A DNA stretch of 63,482 nucleotides, the filler included, from Hyphochytrium catenoides (Eukaryota > Protista > Hyphochytriomycota), in assembly GCA_900088475.1 (NCBI GenBank). It is 9 parts of 9 records of this genome, joined end to end, with 100 filler letters (N's around TTAATTAATTAA, not from the genome) between each part and the next. Parts side by side here need not be neighbours in the genome. Positions count along the whole stretch, not along the records: positions 46,315 to 52,324 come from FLMG01004346.1; positions 52,425 to 54,486 come from FLMG01001557.1; positions 54,587 to 56,176 come from FLMG01003289.1; positions 56,277 to 60,584 come from FLMG01000273.1; 5 more parts are not named here. The stretch is one strand, 5' to 3'. Positions within the stretch are counted from its first letter, which is position 1; each line of letters begins with the position of its first letter. A program made the translations under genes and the position numbers. The notes beneath the pieces were generated by a model. It was not told where the DNA came from, ran no database searches, and saw only the letters and a list, made by a program, of their open reading frames with translations. Below are positions 46,315 through 59,351 of this stretch, piece after piece.

Positions 46315-49300
46315 GCGTCCAGCCGGCGCCGCACAGACTGCACAGGCAATTACCAAATAAAGGAAAACAGAGAGAATAAGACCGCCAGCGGAAGCTCATA
46401 AGAAGCACTCCTAAAGCGAGGCAAACAAGACCACAGGAGTAGAGGGAACATATGCGCCACATTGGGTAGAAGCGAACCTGGTAGAGCGGCTCTGCGTAGG
46501 GAGAGACATCGAATGACTGGTCGAGACCCCCGGTGGCAGAATCTGTCGGTCTCATAACGGGCACCAGGCTTGCAATAACTCTCAAACCCTATTCAGGTCA
46601 CATGCAAGGGAGAAAGCAAGATCTGAGCAGCTTGCACTCGGCGTGGGTATCAAGTAGCATTATAGGGCCTCACTACCGACAAGAGGTATAGCAAAGAGAG
46701 AGAGAGAGAGAGGTACTTATAGGGACAACGGGTTAGAGATGGTATGCCAGAGGTAGGTTCAGGGGGCGCCTTCTACCTCCGCGATAATCTTGTACCAGTC
46801 CTCCGCCACGCATTGAACTACTAGCGGACACAACTCCTTAACATAAGGCTGAGCAGCCTGTGGCGGGCTTCGCGTCACCAGGACTTTTAAGAATAGCAAG
46901 GCATCCAGCTTTAAGCTTGAGTTACTGCAGAGCAGCATTTGGAGAGGTTGTTAAGAAACAGTATTGTACCGCCAACCCTTTGACCTTGGTTGTCTTGCTC
47001 TTTATGTTGTTTTTCCGACTCTCTCCAGTGTTCGTTACTCCCTATCTCTCCATCCATTTCTCCTGCACATGCCAATCTCGTGGGATGGCATACGTGTCAT
47101 ACACTTCTTCTTCTTCGGCCCCTGCCATGGCAATATCACTTTCATAACCTACCGATCTTGGAGTGTCTTAAGAGCTGTGGAGATAAGCACAGGAAGATGC
47201 TCTGCCAGAGCTCCTCGTTGAACTCCTCCCAGCTCCCTAAGCAGCTGCAAGGTCGCTGCCTTGACCTTAACGCTACTTCTAGGGCCAAGCTGCTTGATGG
47301 CACTCTTGATGATGCTTCCTACCTAAACAGAGGAGTCAGAAAATGGATTCCAACTAGACAAGAACCGTCCACAAAGAAGAAGTCAAGAGCTGGAAGGGAG
47401 ATGCAAAGCAGCGACAGTGGACAATTGGAGACCTTAAAACTGTAACTAGTCTAGTCTTGGAAGCCGTTCCGAGCTCTAGTATCGGTCTTGCTCCCAAAGA
47501 CCATAGTGTAAGCTGCGACAGAGTTCAAGGAAGTTCTTGATAAGCTAACCTTCATATTCACAGAAGTGGGCCCCGAGATTTGGCGCTGGAGCTTGGCAGC
47601 TGCGTGTAGCCCTTTGGCAGACTGCCCTTCTGCCTCCCTTTGCCTTTGCTCTTGGGCCAACAGGCCGCGTAACATCTCTGTGAACGCGTTGATAACATCA
47701 ATGCGCACACTCTCCTCTCTGCAGGGAATGAATAAATCAAAGGCAGGAGAGATAAGGTGGCTGAACAGATGCAGTATCGTCCACCAATTTGCGGCGCAAA
47801 CGGGAGTCATACCTCTCCTTGAACCTATTAACGAGCAGGTCGCCACATGTCTGATAAAGTTCTTCTAGGAGCTCGGATCTCGAGATAATGACGGCGTGGA
47901 TGACTCGGAGAGCTGCACGGCGCACTTTCCAGCTGGTATCATCGTCATCACTAAAAAGTCAGGATTTTTGGAATAGGAAGCTACGTGAGCAACAAGCTTG
48001 TCGTATCTTGGCTGAGAAAAGGCGTTTGACTATCGCTACTCCTGTAAAACTGACTCTCGCTACTCTTGTGAGCAATAGAAAGACTGAAAAAGGGACTCGG
48101 CTTCGAGAATCATAAAATGAGGGCGGTCTGCAGGAAGAAGACTCCATAGGTTTCGAAGGCTCACAAGGATGTTCACCTGTAGTCATCAACATCTTCATCG
48201 CTGAACTCCTCCTCTTCCTCCTCCTGCTCCTCCTCGTTGTCCGTGTCGTAGGAGTAGTTCGGGTCGAACTTCATAAAGTCGAGAGACACCTTCAATATCT
48301 TTTGGAGGTGCGGCGTTACCTCGCGGTGACATCGCAAGACGAACGACTCAAAACCCTACAGCGAAAATTAAAGAAAATGCAGGTGACATATCAGTACACA
48401 ACGGAGCCGCCATATTGTATGGCTGTTTGCCTGAGACTGGAAAGCAGGATGGAGCACATGGGGGGAGAAGCCGAGAGCGGGTGTTAAGTTGGGATGGATC
48501 GTTGGCCCTTTCTGCTCTCGTTAGCTCTCCTTTCCAACCTGAAAGCAGTTCTCTCTGAGGTCATTGACTCCATCGTTGTGGAGCGAGTCATCCTCAGGAT
48601 CCCCAATGAAGCGAAGAAAGATGGGCACTATCCGATCTAGGTGACGCCCTAGCCGATAGCCGACTGTGCGAGAAATGGAGCCGATAGTCTGGATTAGCGT
48701 GCGGACGTCCTGATTCTTCTTCGGCTGCTCAATCTAAAGTGGATACCGCATGTAAGAGGGCCGATCAGGTGAAAAACTAGTAAAAGACACTCAAGCTCGC
48801 AAACCACCGGAGAAGAGTGAGGAAGCTGCCCGCGCCCTAGTTCTAAATAAAAAGCGTAGAGGCTGAGGCCCTAAAAGGCTCATCATGGACGCTTTAACAT
48901 TCGTCATACAAGGTCCAACTTAGAAGGCCCACCCCATACCTGATTCAGTAGAGTCTCGGTGAGACGATTCAGCAAAGAGTCTGAGAGAACGACGGCTAGA
49001 GCGCCTAACGCCGCGGTTGCTCTCTTTCTGACCACAGGTTTTTCATGGTTGAGTTGAGCCAATATTGTCATCATCACGGTCTAGGAGCACAAGAGGAGAG
49101 ACAGGAAGGGTATAAATATAAGCATGAATACACCGGGAAGGAGCCACTAGAGCATCAGAGTTCAAATGTAACGCTGGCCACTGACCAGGGCAGTAGGCAA
49201 TACCTCGTGCTCTTGGTGAACCTCTGTACCGAAGCGCTTTATGAGGTCTGTCATGTTATCCAGGCTCTCCAGCTTGATCTCTGGCACCTGGATATAAAAG

Positions 49301-50072
49301 ACGGTGAGACAGCACCAAGCAAGAGTGAGGACAATGAATTACCTTCTCCTGAGAGATGCCGCCTATTAGCCGATGAACAAGTCTAGGAGCAATAGCGGGC
49401 CCCATCGGCTCAGGTACGTCAGAAATAAGAGTCTTCAGTCCGATTGAGTAAATATCTCTTGAAAGGTAGAGGGGTCGGGACATTGGAAGAAGAAGAGGCA
49501 GAGAAGCCAGTCAAGCAGGGAGGCGCAAGCGCTCATAAGTTAGAGGTTGCGAGGCAGTGTTTCGCGCAGTGGAAGCCCACCTGAGCTCCTCCTTGCCATC
49601 TAGAAGCAATGAGCACAACTTATCGCAGATGTCGGTTACTTGGGCCTGCTGGACCTTGGTAACCAGAATGCCTAGACTGGAGGGAGAACTGTGGGTCCGA
49701 GGGCATATACGCACAGAGGCTTGTTCGAAAATCTTACCACTTCACCGCGATGGACTGCACATCGTTGGATGTGTCATCGAGTTGTCGCAAAATCGCACCG
49801 CAGATGCTGCGGTGTCCAGGGGTTTCGTATAAGAAACAAATTGCCAGCACAACTGAGAACTGCACCTACCGCTTCTCTAAAGCAGCTTCAAGCTTCAGGT
49901 CTTTTTGGAGCTCATTGCAGAGATCAGATGTCGCCATATACCGCTCATCCTTGTCATAGTGTGTCGTCTATTGGACAGTTTTTAGTGCCTCATGCACGCT
50001 TATGGCATGTCAATTATGCGGATCAAACACTGCTACCTTTTCTAGGATCTGAGTAATATTGACCTTCTCCAT
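46315..50072 (-). CDS. CAND1: Cullin-associated NEDD8-dissociated protein 1, 5' portion (many short exons, truncated at contig end)
   Basis: Spliced exons [73 protein letters not shown]|[27 protein letters not shown]|EESV and EDWYKIIAE. All splice sites I checked are GT-AG. Start uncertain. Confidence 0.93.
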
Positions 50073-50690
50073 TGGTCCTTCTATCCTTGCCTAGACAGTT
50101 CCGTCAATGGTCCTTGGGTTGCCAGTTATGGATAGGATGGAGCAGCTGGTGGCAGACAGATCCTTATGGTGCTTCCACCGGGTGTGGAACTTCACCTGGT
50201 GCTGCTGTGTCTTGCGTTCTACCCTTCGCCGTTTGGAGCTTTGTCTCCGTCTCATGAGTTCTTGAAGATGCCACAGTGCCACAGGTCCTCGCTTGGATCT
50301 TCGACTCTTCTGATGAAGCGCATCACCGAGCTCCAAAAGAGAAGATCTTCCATCGTTCACAGCAACACAAGAAAATCAAATCTACCGATTATCAATCTCC
50401 GTCGGCTTCTCAGTTTAATGGACGTTAGCGTCCCTTTTGCCCGCTAACGGTCGCATTGCTTTGGCTGTGAAGATAAGAATCTTGTCCGTTTCAAATGTGT
50501 TGCCTGCAGCAGTCGCGCGGGCGCGGGAGGACAATCCTCATCATGAGAATCATCATAGTGATAGAATAACAGAAGGCCAACCCGCCGCTCTCGTCGGCTC
50601 ATTTGTTGAGGCCGATGGCGTCGTCCTCTATTTGCTACTTCCCAATTTGTGAAGAGCGTTGCGCGGAAGGAAGTGTCAGACCAACCGTGA

Positions 50691-51205
50691 ATATGCGTAC
50701 CGTTAGATCCAGCATGCCTGATTCCTTTGACTCAGAAGATATGCGTCTAGCCATGCGCGCCGTGAAGGATAGTGGCTGGTCACTTAGTAAGATTTCAAGG
50801 GCATACAATGTTAGTCGCAGGACCCTCATGAGGTATCTGAATGGAGACTCGGTGCCGGGACAGGTTCGCATGGCACCCCAGTATTCTCAAGAAAAGAGAC
50901 AGAGGTCATCGTATATGGTATCATTGAAGCTAAGCGTAGACACCATGCTATGAGTACAACGGATATACGAGTTGGTGTTGGTCAGGCTTCATCTAAATAG
51001 CCCGGAAAGGAAGAACTCCAGCATGCCATACCCGGCCGTGCGCGGGTGGAAATTGCAGCAGCAATACTGGGACCAGATCTCTCTTCGAAAGCCCTCGACT
51101 CTGGACAAACTCAGGGTCAATGGCCAAGAAAACCATGATGACATTGAGAGTTGTTCCTCAGATGTTGGTACTGAGATCAACAAGATTGTATTGAGTATGG
51201 ACTAA
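50691..51205 (+). pseudogene. Decayed pogo/Tc5 (CENP-B-like) transposase N-terminus
   Basis: HTH_psq-like FDSEDMRLAMRAVKDSGWSLSKISRAYNVSRRTLMRYL, followed in another frame by GWK...ISLRKPSTLDKLR (Tc5 HTH end). Stops and frameshifts present; no DDE domain seen. Confidence 0.65.
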
Positions 51206-51237
51206 GCGGTCCTTGAGACCCTCCTGATCCAGATAAG

Positions 51238-51288
51238 GTTCACATCGGCATGGCGTTCAGATCAGCATGGCGTTCATATCGGCATGGC
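51238..51288 (+). repeat. 17-bp tandem repeat, three copies
   Basis: GTTCAC-ATCGGCATGGC, GTTCAG-ATCAGCATGGC, GTTCAT-ATCGGCATGGC. Confidence 0.85.
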
Positions 51289-52043
51289 GGAGGGCAAAAG
51301 ATGACTTCTACGTCACCCCTAAGACAAAGTGTGCTAAAGGAGGATCTCATACCCCTGTTTATGAGTCCTGCTGTGACGCCAAAAGGCCCCTTATACAGTT
51401 GAACTTCCCAAAGGTAATATCAGTGAGAACCACCGCCTCCAGTTCTCCCCCCCCCTGATACTATGCGCTGTTCCCAGGACCGGAGTTTAGCCATCCTCGG
51501 TGGACGGCATTAAGGACAGGCATTTCCTATCAATGGCAGATCGGGACCAGGAGGCTCTCGCACGGGTTAGGCGAAGTTATTTTGAAGAGGCAACTTTTGA
51601 AGGACAGACTTCGGCTGAATGAGATATCGTCTCACAATAACAGACATATTGAAGGATCGGGAGCGTCTATGTAGGTCGGAGCTAACAGCACACGAGGTTC
51701 CTAATCATCATCAGCAAGGTGATCGCATGACACTGCCGCAAGAAGAATGAAGTAGATTATGGTGAAGACCACTAAAAGTCACGCTGTTAAGGTGCCCCAA
51801 TGCTTTTGATTGTTAATGTCATGCATCCACCTTCTCCCTTATTCCACTGAGCACCACTCCTTGCTATTATCTTATCGAAGATTGGGCGAATATGTTCCTA
51901 AAAGCTCAGAGCAGGAACATAAAGCTTACCTCTTCTCTACCATTCTCCCCGTATGGCTCTAGAAGCGTGCTCAATTTAGATTTGGGAGTAGAATGGAACC
52001 AAACATCAGCAGCAGAGCCTGAGATCTTGCATAGTATATATCC

Positions 52044-52282
52044 CTACTCAAGCTTGTATCGATCTTCCTCCGCATAATAATCGTAGAAGCCAACGATATG
52101 CTTCACCTTTATGGCAGGTGTGAGACACTATTGCTTGTAACTGGATCATGGGTGACCTTACCTCCTCAAAGTCCACAAGGTGCGAGGATTCTACATTGCC
52201 CTGCTTGAGTTGCTCAAGCGCTGTCTTCATAGCTAGAATGTTCGCGTTCAGCAATGTAATTGGGTAGGCTGCTATCTTGTAG
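52044..52282 (-). CDS. Last two exons of an isocitrate lyase/PEP mutase family enzyme (2-methylisocitrate / dimethylmalate lyase-like)
   Basis: Splicing gives YKIAAYPITLLNANILAMKTALEQLKQG...DFEE|VKHIVGFYDYYAEEDRYKLE*, the typical C-terminus of this family. The 5' part lies beyond the contig edge. Confidence 0.75.
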
Positions 52283-53118
52283 CTGTCGGCAACATAGACA
52301 ATGGTCAGGATGAAGGAATAACTGNNNNNNNNNNNNNNNNNNNNNNNNNNNNNNNNNNNNNNNNNNNNTTAATTAATTAANNNNNNNNNNNNNNNNNNNN
52401 NNNNNNNNNNNNNNNNNNNNNNNNCATAGTATAAAAGGGAAGAGGTTAATAGCAGCAACAATAAGATCGTAGTTTTTACTACTCTGCCACAAGGAGGAGG
52501 GCAGAAGTAATCGGCTAGCTAATGAGTAGGACGAGCCTTCTTCAATTCTTCGTTCCCAAGCGGGATGTCCTCATGACAACCTCCGTGCATGGCCAACGAG
52601 GAGAGTCAAGCCACAACAAAAAAAAGCCTCTCTATCTATCTTCTATTACTAGCAGATCAGACGAGCTGTACACTGCGCGAAGCATCATCAATAAATTGAA
52701 GATCAATGAAAAAACTGGAGCTTCACCAGCCGTGCGACACAGCAACAACACTAGTCAAGAACAATTGATGACGGTGGTGGCATAGCGCCGCCGCCCCGCC
52801 GCCCTCCTCCTCCTCCTCCTGCACAACTCCCGACCATAACCAAAGGGACAACAATTGCCGCCTCCCAGCCTTCAATAATCCTACAGCGCGCTAGCGATCT
52901 TCATAATACTTGACTATGGTAGAGCATATATCTGCCCCGTCTACTTGCCTTCCTGACACTAGGAGGAGCAACTACCAGTTGTAAGAAGAAAGAGTAACAG
53001 AAAGAAGAAGAAAGGTCGGGCAACATCATCTTCGTTGATAATCTTCGAACTTCAAGAAAGAATGCAAAAATATGTTGAGATTAGCATCGCCGATGTTGAG
53101 GAAGATTTATAATAAGAT

Positions 53119-53189
53119 TACGCCGACCGGGAATCGAACCCGGGACATCTGAATGGGAATCAGAGATTTTACCACTAAACTATCGGCGT
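53119..53189 (-). tRNA. tRNA-Gly(CCC)
   Basis: ACGCCGA TAGTTTAGTGGTAAAATC TCTGA TTCCCAT TCAGA TGTC CCGGG TTCGATT CCCGG TCGGCGT A. Perfect acceptor, anticodon and T stems; A and B boxes; anticodon CCC. Confidence 0.93.
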
Positions 53190-53700
53190 TGGTGTCGTAC
53201 CGGAACCTTGTGTCTTGAGGCTACTTATCGGAGGGGCTCTACTAGAGAACAGAGGACCAGCTCTCTGTATATGTCCGAAAGGGTCCTCCATCCTCTACTG
53301 TCGGTCGTACCTAGGATCTCTCTTTCTATGCATCTCCTCCTCCCAGGGCCAGGCGGCTGATCACTCCTCTGCTCCTCCTCATAACTCCAGACTCTATGCA
53401 AAGGAGCTTTGCTTGTCGGAGCCCGGCCTTTCCCTTCTTGTTCCCTTCTCCCGTGAGTTCATCTTTCCTCTGGAAGAATAGAACTATCTTTGCCTAAGAG
53501 GTCGGCCTGCGTCTGGTGAAAGCCCTATCAGTTACTCTGGTTTGAGCTATAATATAACACAGCTCCTGTTGGTTTGCATGGATGATTCTGTATGAGTTCT
53601 AATAATAAGAAGGTTAACTGGTTTGCTTATTATCCTGTCCATTACGGCAGTGTGATCTTAGACCTTATGCGTATAAGTCTTTGCAGAGGATACTGTTTAT

Positions 53701-53995
53701 CGGCATAATAGCTCGGCTCCGTCCGGCATAATAGCTCTTGGTCCCCACGGAACCCTTCTTTCTTCTCTTCTCTGAGTGACTGATCGACCACGCGTCATCA
53801 GTCATCAATCATCAGGAACTCGAGAACTACGAGTTCTGGACGACCGTGCAGAGGTTACTGTTCATCGGCATAGCTTATTAGGCATAGTAACCTTTAGTAG
53901 CTCTTGGTCCTCACGGAACTCTTCTATCCTCATCTCTGAGTGGTTGATTGCCCATGCGTCAGCAGGAACCCGAGAACTACGAGTTCTAGACTCAT
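53701..53995 (+). repeat. Imperfect direct repeat (two copies of an approximately 100-nt core, about 170 nt apart)
   Basis: TAGCTCTTGGTCC(C/T)CACGGAAC...TCTGAGTG...CAGGAAC(T/C)CGAGAACTACGAGTTCT occurs at about 53730-53838 and 53898-53988, with GGCATAATAGCTC sub-repeats. Confidence 0.85.
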
Positions 53996-54752
53996 AGACC
54001 TCTTTCTCTCTACAGGTAACAGAACTCGACTTCCACGTAGAGGAGGTTAAGGAACCGGGAATAAGGACCTTTCCTCAATCTAGGATACTCCTCGCCCTAA
54101 GAGGGCAACCGGAAGTATCGCAGGTTCTCTTTCTTGTTGCAGGGGACACACGTAGTGAAGGAGGTAAGAGAACAACCAGATTTGCCGTCAGCAAGTGGTG
54201 AGGGGCGTGTGGGGCGGTGGTCCTGCCTTCTGGCAATGTAGAGAGAGATCTGAGAGGGTTAAAATCCAACTTGTCCTAGTAAATATTGTCAGCTTTGGAG
54301 GTTTTTTCTACCTTTGAACTTAGGTCTCCTCTCTGTCTCTCCGATCTCTTCCTCTTTATGCCTTTATGTTCCTCTCTCTCTCTCCGTTCAGTTGAAGTGC
54401 AAAGCCTCAAACTTAGATCCTCTTCTCCACCACTCGGTTGAGGCAGCCCCTTTATGTCTAGGGTATTCAACGCAAATGTTATACGTNNNNNNNNNNNNNN
54501 NNNNNNNNNNNNNNNNNNNNNNNNNNNNNNTTAATTAATTAANNNNNNNNNNNNNNNNNNNNNNNNNNNNNNNNNNNNNNNNNNNNAGCGCTACGCTGGC
54601 CACTCTTCTAGGGTGCAGCGTGTGTAGAGACGGGAATAGGGTGTATGTAAGGCCGGGAGCAGGAGGTGATTTTAGGGAGACGGGAGGCAAGACGTAAGCT
54701 TAATTGAAGACTTAGCTCAGGTTCAAGTTGGACGTCTGTACCGGCCGGATTG

Positions 54753-56044
54753 ATGGATATTGACGCAGAAATGCAAGAGGAGTCAGCGGAGGAAGGCTCA
54801 ATATCTTTTGAAGTGGCAAAGCCAGGGGACTGGGGCATTGAGAAGATGCGGCGCCTGGTCAAAGATTGCATGCAACGGAATCAGACGGAGATGGCCCAAT
54901 ACTACTGTGAAAAGCTGGTCCGTTCCCTACTTTTGAAGTTTAATTCTCTTCCTCTCTCCCTCTCTCTGTCTGCCTGTCTGTCTCTCTCTCTCTCTCTCTC
55001 ACGCTCTCTCTCTCTCTCTTCCTCTTCCTCTCCTTCTCCCCCTCCCCCATCTCTCTCCGCGCCTCTCTCCTTCTCTCTCTCCACGCCGTTGTCCCCCTGT
55101 CGACTTCTTGCCTGCTTTCTTTTCCAGAAGCCTCTCCTCCCCTGCAGCTTTAATCTAACAGTATCTCCGTCTATGGCTGCCTCCTGGCCTCAGGTTGCTG
55201 CCTGTCCTGAGGAGGAGAAAGACTTGAAGACCCTGCTAGAGATCTATCTTGGGCGCAACCAGCACCGCCGCGCTCTTCATCTTCTAGAGAAACTAGGAGA
55301 AAGGCTGGAGGGTGCTCGGCCTAAGGATTACTTTGGCTTAGAGTTCACTTATCTAGCTGCCAGGTGTATGGTGAGTGCCAGTGACTGAGAGGAGAGAGAT
55401 GGACTTGTCTCTCAGACCATCCTTTTTTCTCTTTCTCTCTCTGTCTCTCTCTGTCCGTCTTATCTCCCACCTTCTCCACTGGTCAAGAGGTCTGGTCTGA
55501 CATTCTCTGTCTTTCTGCATCTTTGGCTGAAGCTTTGGCCATCTTATTGATTTCTGTAGGTCAGCGAGTCCTCGGTCTCCTCCCTCTTCTTTAGTTATAC
55601 TCTCTTCTTTTCTCTCTCTCCTTCTTTCTCTCTTCTTTCCCTGTTCTCTCTCTCTGTCTCTTCTCCTTCTCTCTCTCAGTGGGATTTTCGTCGACTAGAA
55701 GCACTCCAATACTTCCCTCCCACCTTCTTCTTTATACTCTCTCTCTCTATTACTTCTCTCCCTCTTTGTTTCTCTCTTTCTTTCTTTGTCGGCTCTCGCT
55801 CTCTCCCTCGATTTTCTCTCTCTCTCTCTCTCTTTTACTTTCTCTCCCTCTTTCTTTCTCTCTTTCTTTCTTTGTCGGCTCTCGCTCTCTCCCTCAATTT
55901 GACTAAGTAGTTACGTCTGTCTTCAAGGCAGCAGCCAAGGAGTGGGAAGATTGTATTGCTATGTTAGAAGAATCGCTCCCAGAAGAGGAAGACAATGTAC
56001 ATAATCTTGCCAGAACTGTCTCTTCGCAAAGTGAAGGGATAAAT
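54753..56044 (+). CDS. CDC16: Anaphase-promoting complex subunit 6 (CDC16/Cut9), first three exons
   Basis: IEKMRRLVKDCMQRNQTEMAQYYCEKL|VAAC...QHRRALHLL...YLAARCM|AAAKEWEDCIAML matches the APC6 N-terminal TPR dimerisation region. Truncated by the contig end. Confidence 0.75.
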
Positions 56045-56486
56045 GTAAGGCTTGTCTCGCTCTCCGTCTCCCTTCTTCCCCTTCAATTATAACCATCTCT
56101 CTCCCACCCGACTCGTCAATCTGACCCATTCTCTCTTTCCCTAGCTTTCCCATTCCTTTTCTCGCCCTCGGTCGCTNNNNNNNNNNNNNNNNNNNNNNNN
56201 NNNNNNNNNNNNNNNNNNNNTTAATTAATTAANNNNNNNNNNNNNNNNNNNNNNNNNNNNNNNNNNNNNNNNNNNNAGAGGAAAGAGGGAGAGAAGAGAG
56301 AGAGAGAGAAAGAGAGAGAGAGAAGAGAAAGAGAAAGGGACGCATTTTTTCTCAGATTCCGCTAAGAGATGACAGACTGCGGATGGAGAGACGAAGGGAA
56401 AGAGACGGATGAGATTGAGCAGAGAGAGAGGCAGAGAGAAGGGGGAGACAGCAAGGAGACAGACAGAAAGGAAAGAGCAGGAAATG

Positions 56487-56523
<37 letters not shown>

Positions 56524-56534
56524 AGAGAGAGTGA

Positions 56535-56566
<32 letters not shown>

Positions 56567-57110
56567 TGAAAACCGAAGAATCAGGAGGGTCTATGCCGCG
56601 ACGAGATAAAGAGGAGGCACCGAAGCCGTATGTAGGGAGAGAGAAGCATAAGGAGAGGAAAGAGAGAGGCGACGAGAGGAAAAGAGAGAGAGAGGACGAG
56701 AGAAACGGAATCAGCTCGTACAAGGGATTGAAGACAGAGACAAGAAAGAGGGGATGGGGTCATGGTCATGTTAGGGTCAAAGCATAGTCTCTATCCAAAA
56801 GAGAGAGACAGACAGAGGGAGAGAAAGAGAGAGAGAGAGGAGAAAGAGTGAGAGGGGGGAAACGGAGAAAGGAGAGAGAGAGAGAAAGAGAGAGAGACGG
56901 AGAGAGAGAGACAGAGGAGGGAGAGAAGAGGAGAACTAGATAGAGGGAGAGCCAAAGAAACCAAAAACCGAGATCCTAGCAGTTAGCGGCTGTCGGTAAG
57001 AATCTATACAAAGAAGCCTGTCTCTTCGTCTCTCCTCCCTGCTGCTGACTGTTCGCTGATGATTGAGTTCTTCCTTTCTTCTTCCTGTCTTCCGCCCAAT
57101 GCTGTCTCCT

Positions 57111-57143
<33 letters not shown>

Positions 57144-57492
57144 NNNNNNNNNNNNNNNNNNNNNNNNNNNNNNNNNNNNNNNTCTCTCTCTCTCTCTCTC
57201 TTCTCTCTCTTTGTCTTTTTCTGTTCTTCTCTGCGTCCCTTGTTCGCTCCTCCTATAACCCTGCAATCAGCTATCTTGCTGCTTTGCTGCTCTCTCTTTC
57301 AGGAGTTGAGAACATTTTGCAAATCTCTCTCGCCTTCCCAAGTCGCTCCATCCTTTCCCTTAAACTCTCCACACGTTCTCTGACAGGAGACAGACGAAGA
57401 ATACTGCAGTCTTTCTTTTCTCTTTCTCTCTTCTTTCTCTCTCTCTTTCATTCTTTCACCAGCTCTATCTTGTCTAATAAGAAATAAAAGTC

Positions 57493-59180
57493 ATGGCGCC
57501 ATCTTCTTCTTCCTCTTCTCTCTCTTCGGCCCGCCAGTTGCTGGCTCGAGGCGTTGGTCGTCTCTCTGACTTGGTCATCTCTCGCGGCTCTGGCTCGTAC
57601 GTCTGGGACAGCTCTGGGAAAAAATTCTTAGACTTTACCTCGGGCATCGGTGTGACTAACGCTGGGCACTGCCATCCAAAGGTAGAAAGAAGTGCCTTCT
57701 TCTTCATCAAAGAGAAAGATAGAAGAGGAGATGGAAATCTTCTCCGCTTCTCTCTCTCCCTGGGTTTTCTCCCTTCTTCTTCCACTTCTCTCCTCTTCTT
57801 CCCCTTTATTTCTCGTGCTCTGCGCTGGTTTGCCCACCGTCATCTTTGAGGTTAGCTGAGAGTCTTCTCCTCTCTCTCNNNNNNNNNNNNNNNNNNNNNN
57901 NNNNNNNNNNNNNNNNNNNNNNNNNNNNNNNNNNNNNNNNNNNNNNNNNNNNNNNNNNNNNNNNNNNNNNNNNNTCGCCTCTCCCCCATTCCCCCGCCGT
58001 CCTCTCTCTCTCTCTCTCTCTCTAGGTGGTCGCCGCTGCCCAGGAACAGTGTGCTCGCGTTATCCATTCTCAAGCCAATCTCAGCTATCACGAGCCCGGC
58101 CTCACACTCGCCCAGGAGCTGGCCCAGATCGTCCCAAACGGCCTCGATTGCTTCTTTTTTGCCGTCACAGGCTCTGAAGCCGTAGAAAATGCGGTCAAAC
58201 TGGCCCGTCACGCCACGCAGAAGCCTAATATTATTGCTTTCCAGGGCGGTTATCACGGACGGACGGTCGGTGCCATGGCCTTGACCAGCAGCAAGACGGT
58301 CTACAGAGCCGGCTTCGGTCCGTTGATGGGCGGCGTTGCCGTGAGTCCGTTTCCTTACGTCCGACATTGCGCGCCTCTTCTCTCTTCTTTCACGGGGAAG
58401 AAGGAGAAGAGAGAAGAGAGAGACTCTCTTCTTCAGGAGTGGGCTCTGACGCAGCTCGAGCTCGTCTTCAAGCAGCAATCTGCACCATCTGAGACCGCGG
58501 CGGTCATTATGGAGCCCGTCTTGGGCGAGGGAGGGTACGTGGTCCCTCCTCTCTCATTTATGAAGGAAGTGAAGCGCATGTGCAAGGAGAGAGATGTTCT
58601 TCTCATCGCCGATGAGGTGCAGACAGGCTTTGGCAGAACAGGAGAGTACTTTGCTTGCTCTTCTCACTTCTCCACGGTCCCGGATATTCTTTGTATGGCG
58701 AAGGGCCTGGCCAACGGCTTCCCTCTCTCAGGTATCGCCAGCAGAAAAGAGCTGATGGATTCTCAGCCGCCAGGCTCCATGGGCGGGACCTACTCGGCCA
58801 ATCCAGTCGCTTGTGCAGCAGCTCTGGCCACGCTGAAGGTCTTAAAAGAGGAGAAATTATTAGAGAATGCGAAGAAACAAGGGGCAAAACTCCGTGCTGA
58901 TCTGCAGAAATCTGCAGATTTATTTCCAGAGATTGTAGATGAAGTTCGAGGGTTGGGGCTGATGGTGGCGGTGGAGTTCAATCCTGAAAAAGTATCGAGA
59001 GGAACAGCTGCGGCGGTGAGTGGCGCGTGTCTGAAGAGAGGCATGCTGCTGCTGACGACCAGTGCCTTTGAGACCTTGAGATTCATTCCTCCTCTCTCCG
59101 TCTCAGGAGAGGAAGTGGAGAATGCTGTTGGGATAGTCACAGACGCAATGAAGGAAGTTTTTGGGGAGAAGAAGAAGTGA
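57493..59180 (+). CDS. Class-III PLP aminotransferase, 4-aminobutyrate aminotransferase (GabT/PuuE)-like, 2 exons
   Basis: [18 protein letters not shown]|[41 protein letters not shown] (PLP lysine) and GGTY. Confidence 0.9.
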
Positions 59181-59279
59181 GGGACAATGAGCGAGATCAA
59201 AGAGAAAGATGTTGAAGAATAGAAAAGGGCAAGGCATAAGAACCGAGAAAGGAATGGGGTGAAGAGTAATAACGGGAAC

Positions 59280-59351
<72 letters not shown>

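Noticed and set aside
53701-53995. CRISPR-like array
   Set aside because: Only two long degenerate copies, no regular repeat-spacer structure, no cas genes, and a eukaryotic context.
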